Assembly (NCBI RefSeq): GCF_032062105.1 | Contig: NW_026926521.1 | Location: 1 to 64,000 of the forward strand | DNA length: 64,000 nt | Reading direction: 5' to 3' | From: Saccostrea cucullata | Lineage: Eukaryota | In this document: piece by piece, positions 63,219 to 64,000 of the stretch | Layout: each line of letters opens with the position of its first letter | How positions within the stretch are numbered: the stretch's first letter is position 1 | The notes under the pieces: model-generated | What the model saw: only the letters and a program-made list of their open reading frames with translations | Told to the model about the DNA's origin: nothing | Database searches by the model: none | Program-made: the position numbers and the translations under genes

Positions 63219-63221
<3 letters not shown>
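63161..63221 (-). promoter_or_regulatory. Candidate readthrough-stimulating RNA element
   Basis: UGA-CGG, 8-nt spacer, 15-bp stem 63210-63196 / 63187-63173 containing three G-U pairs. Confidence 0.7.

Positions 63222-64000
<779 letters not shown>

Overview
AT-rich, intron-rich animal DNA, most likely an oyster-like bivalve (inferred from a ~166-bp satellite inside a Helentron-type element and the MITE content). I assembled eight spliced genes by hand from GT-AG junctions and reading phase: an MPPED metallophosphoesterase (-), a gamma-syntrophin (-) head-to-head with EFHC1 (+), a 149-aa stand-alone whirlin-PDZ3-like gene (-), a tetraspanin (-) head-to-head with an aldo-keto reductase (+), an unannotated single-pass membrane protein with an 11-residue coiled-coil repeat (+, two lesions), and the 3' end of a guanylyl cyclase (-). 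The rest is dense with mariner/Tc1 relics, MITEs, an RTE LINE fragment, SINE pieces and minisatellites. The most notable observations are four. (1) The guanylyl cyclase has a UGA-CGG stop, an 8-nt spacer, a 15-bp G-U-containing stem-loop and 316 further in-frame codons, which is the signature of programmed stop-codon readthrough. (2) Three sequence-unrelated non-coding element families share one design: a long terminal hairpin with a 2-nt bulge plus an internal inverted copy of the end-to-end junction, suggesting folded-ssDNA tyrosine-recombinase (Crypton-like) mobility. (3) One syntrophin intron is built from ~45 tandem copies of its own exon end plus 5' splice site. (4) TACATGTA is strongly enriched, and one copy is visibly a TA->TACATGTA footprint. 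All coordinates were read by eye and no database search was run.
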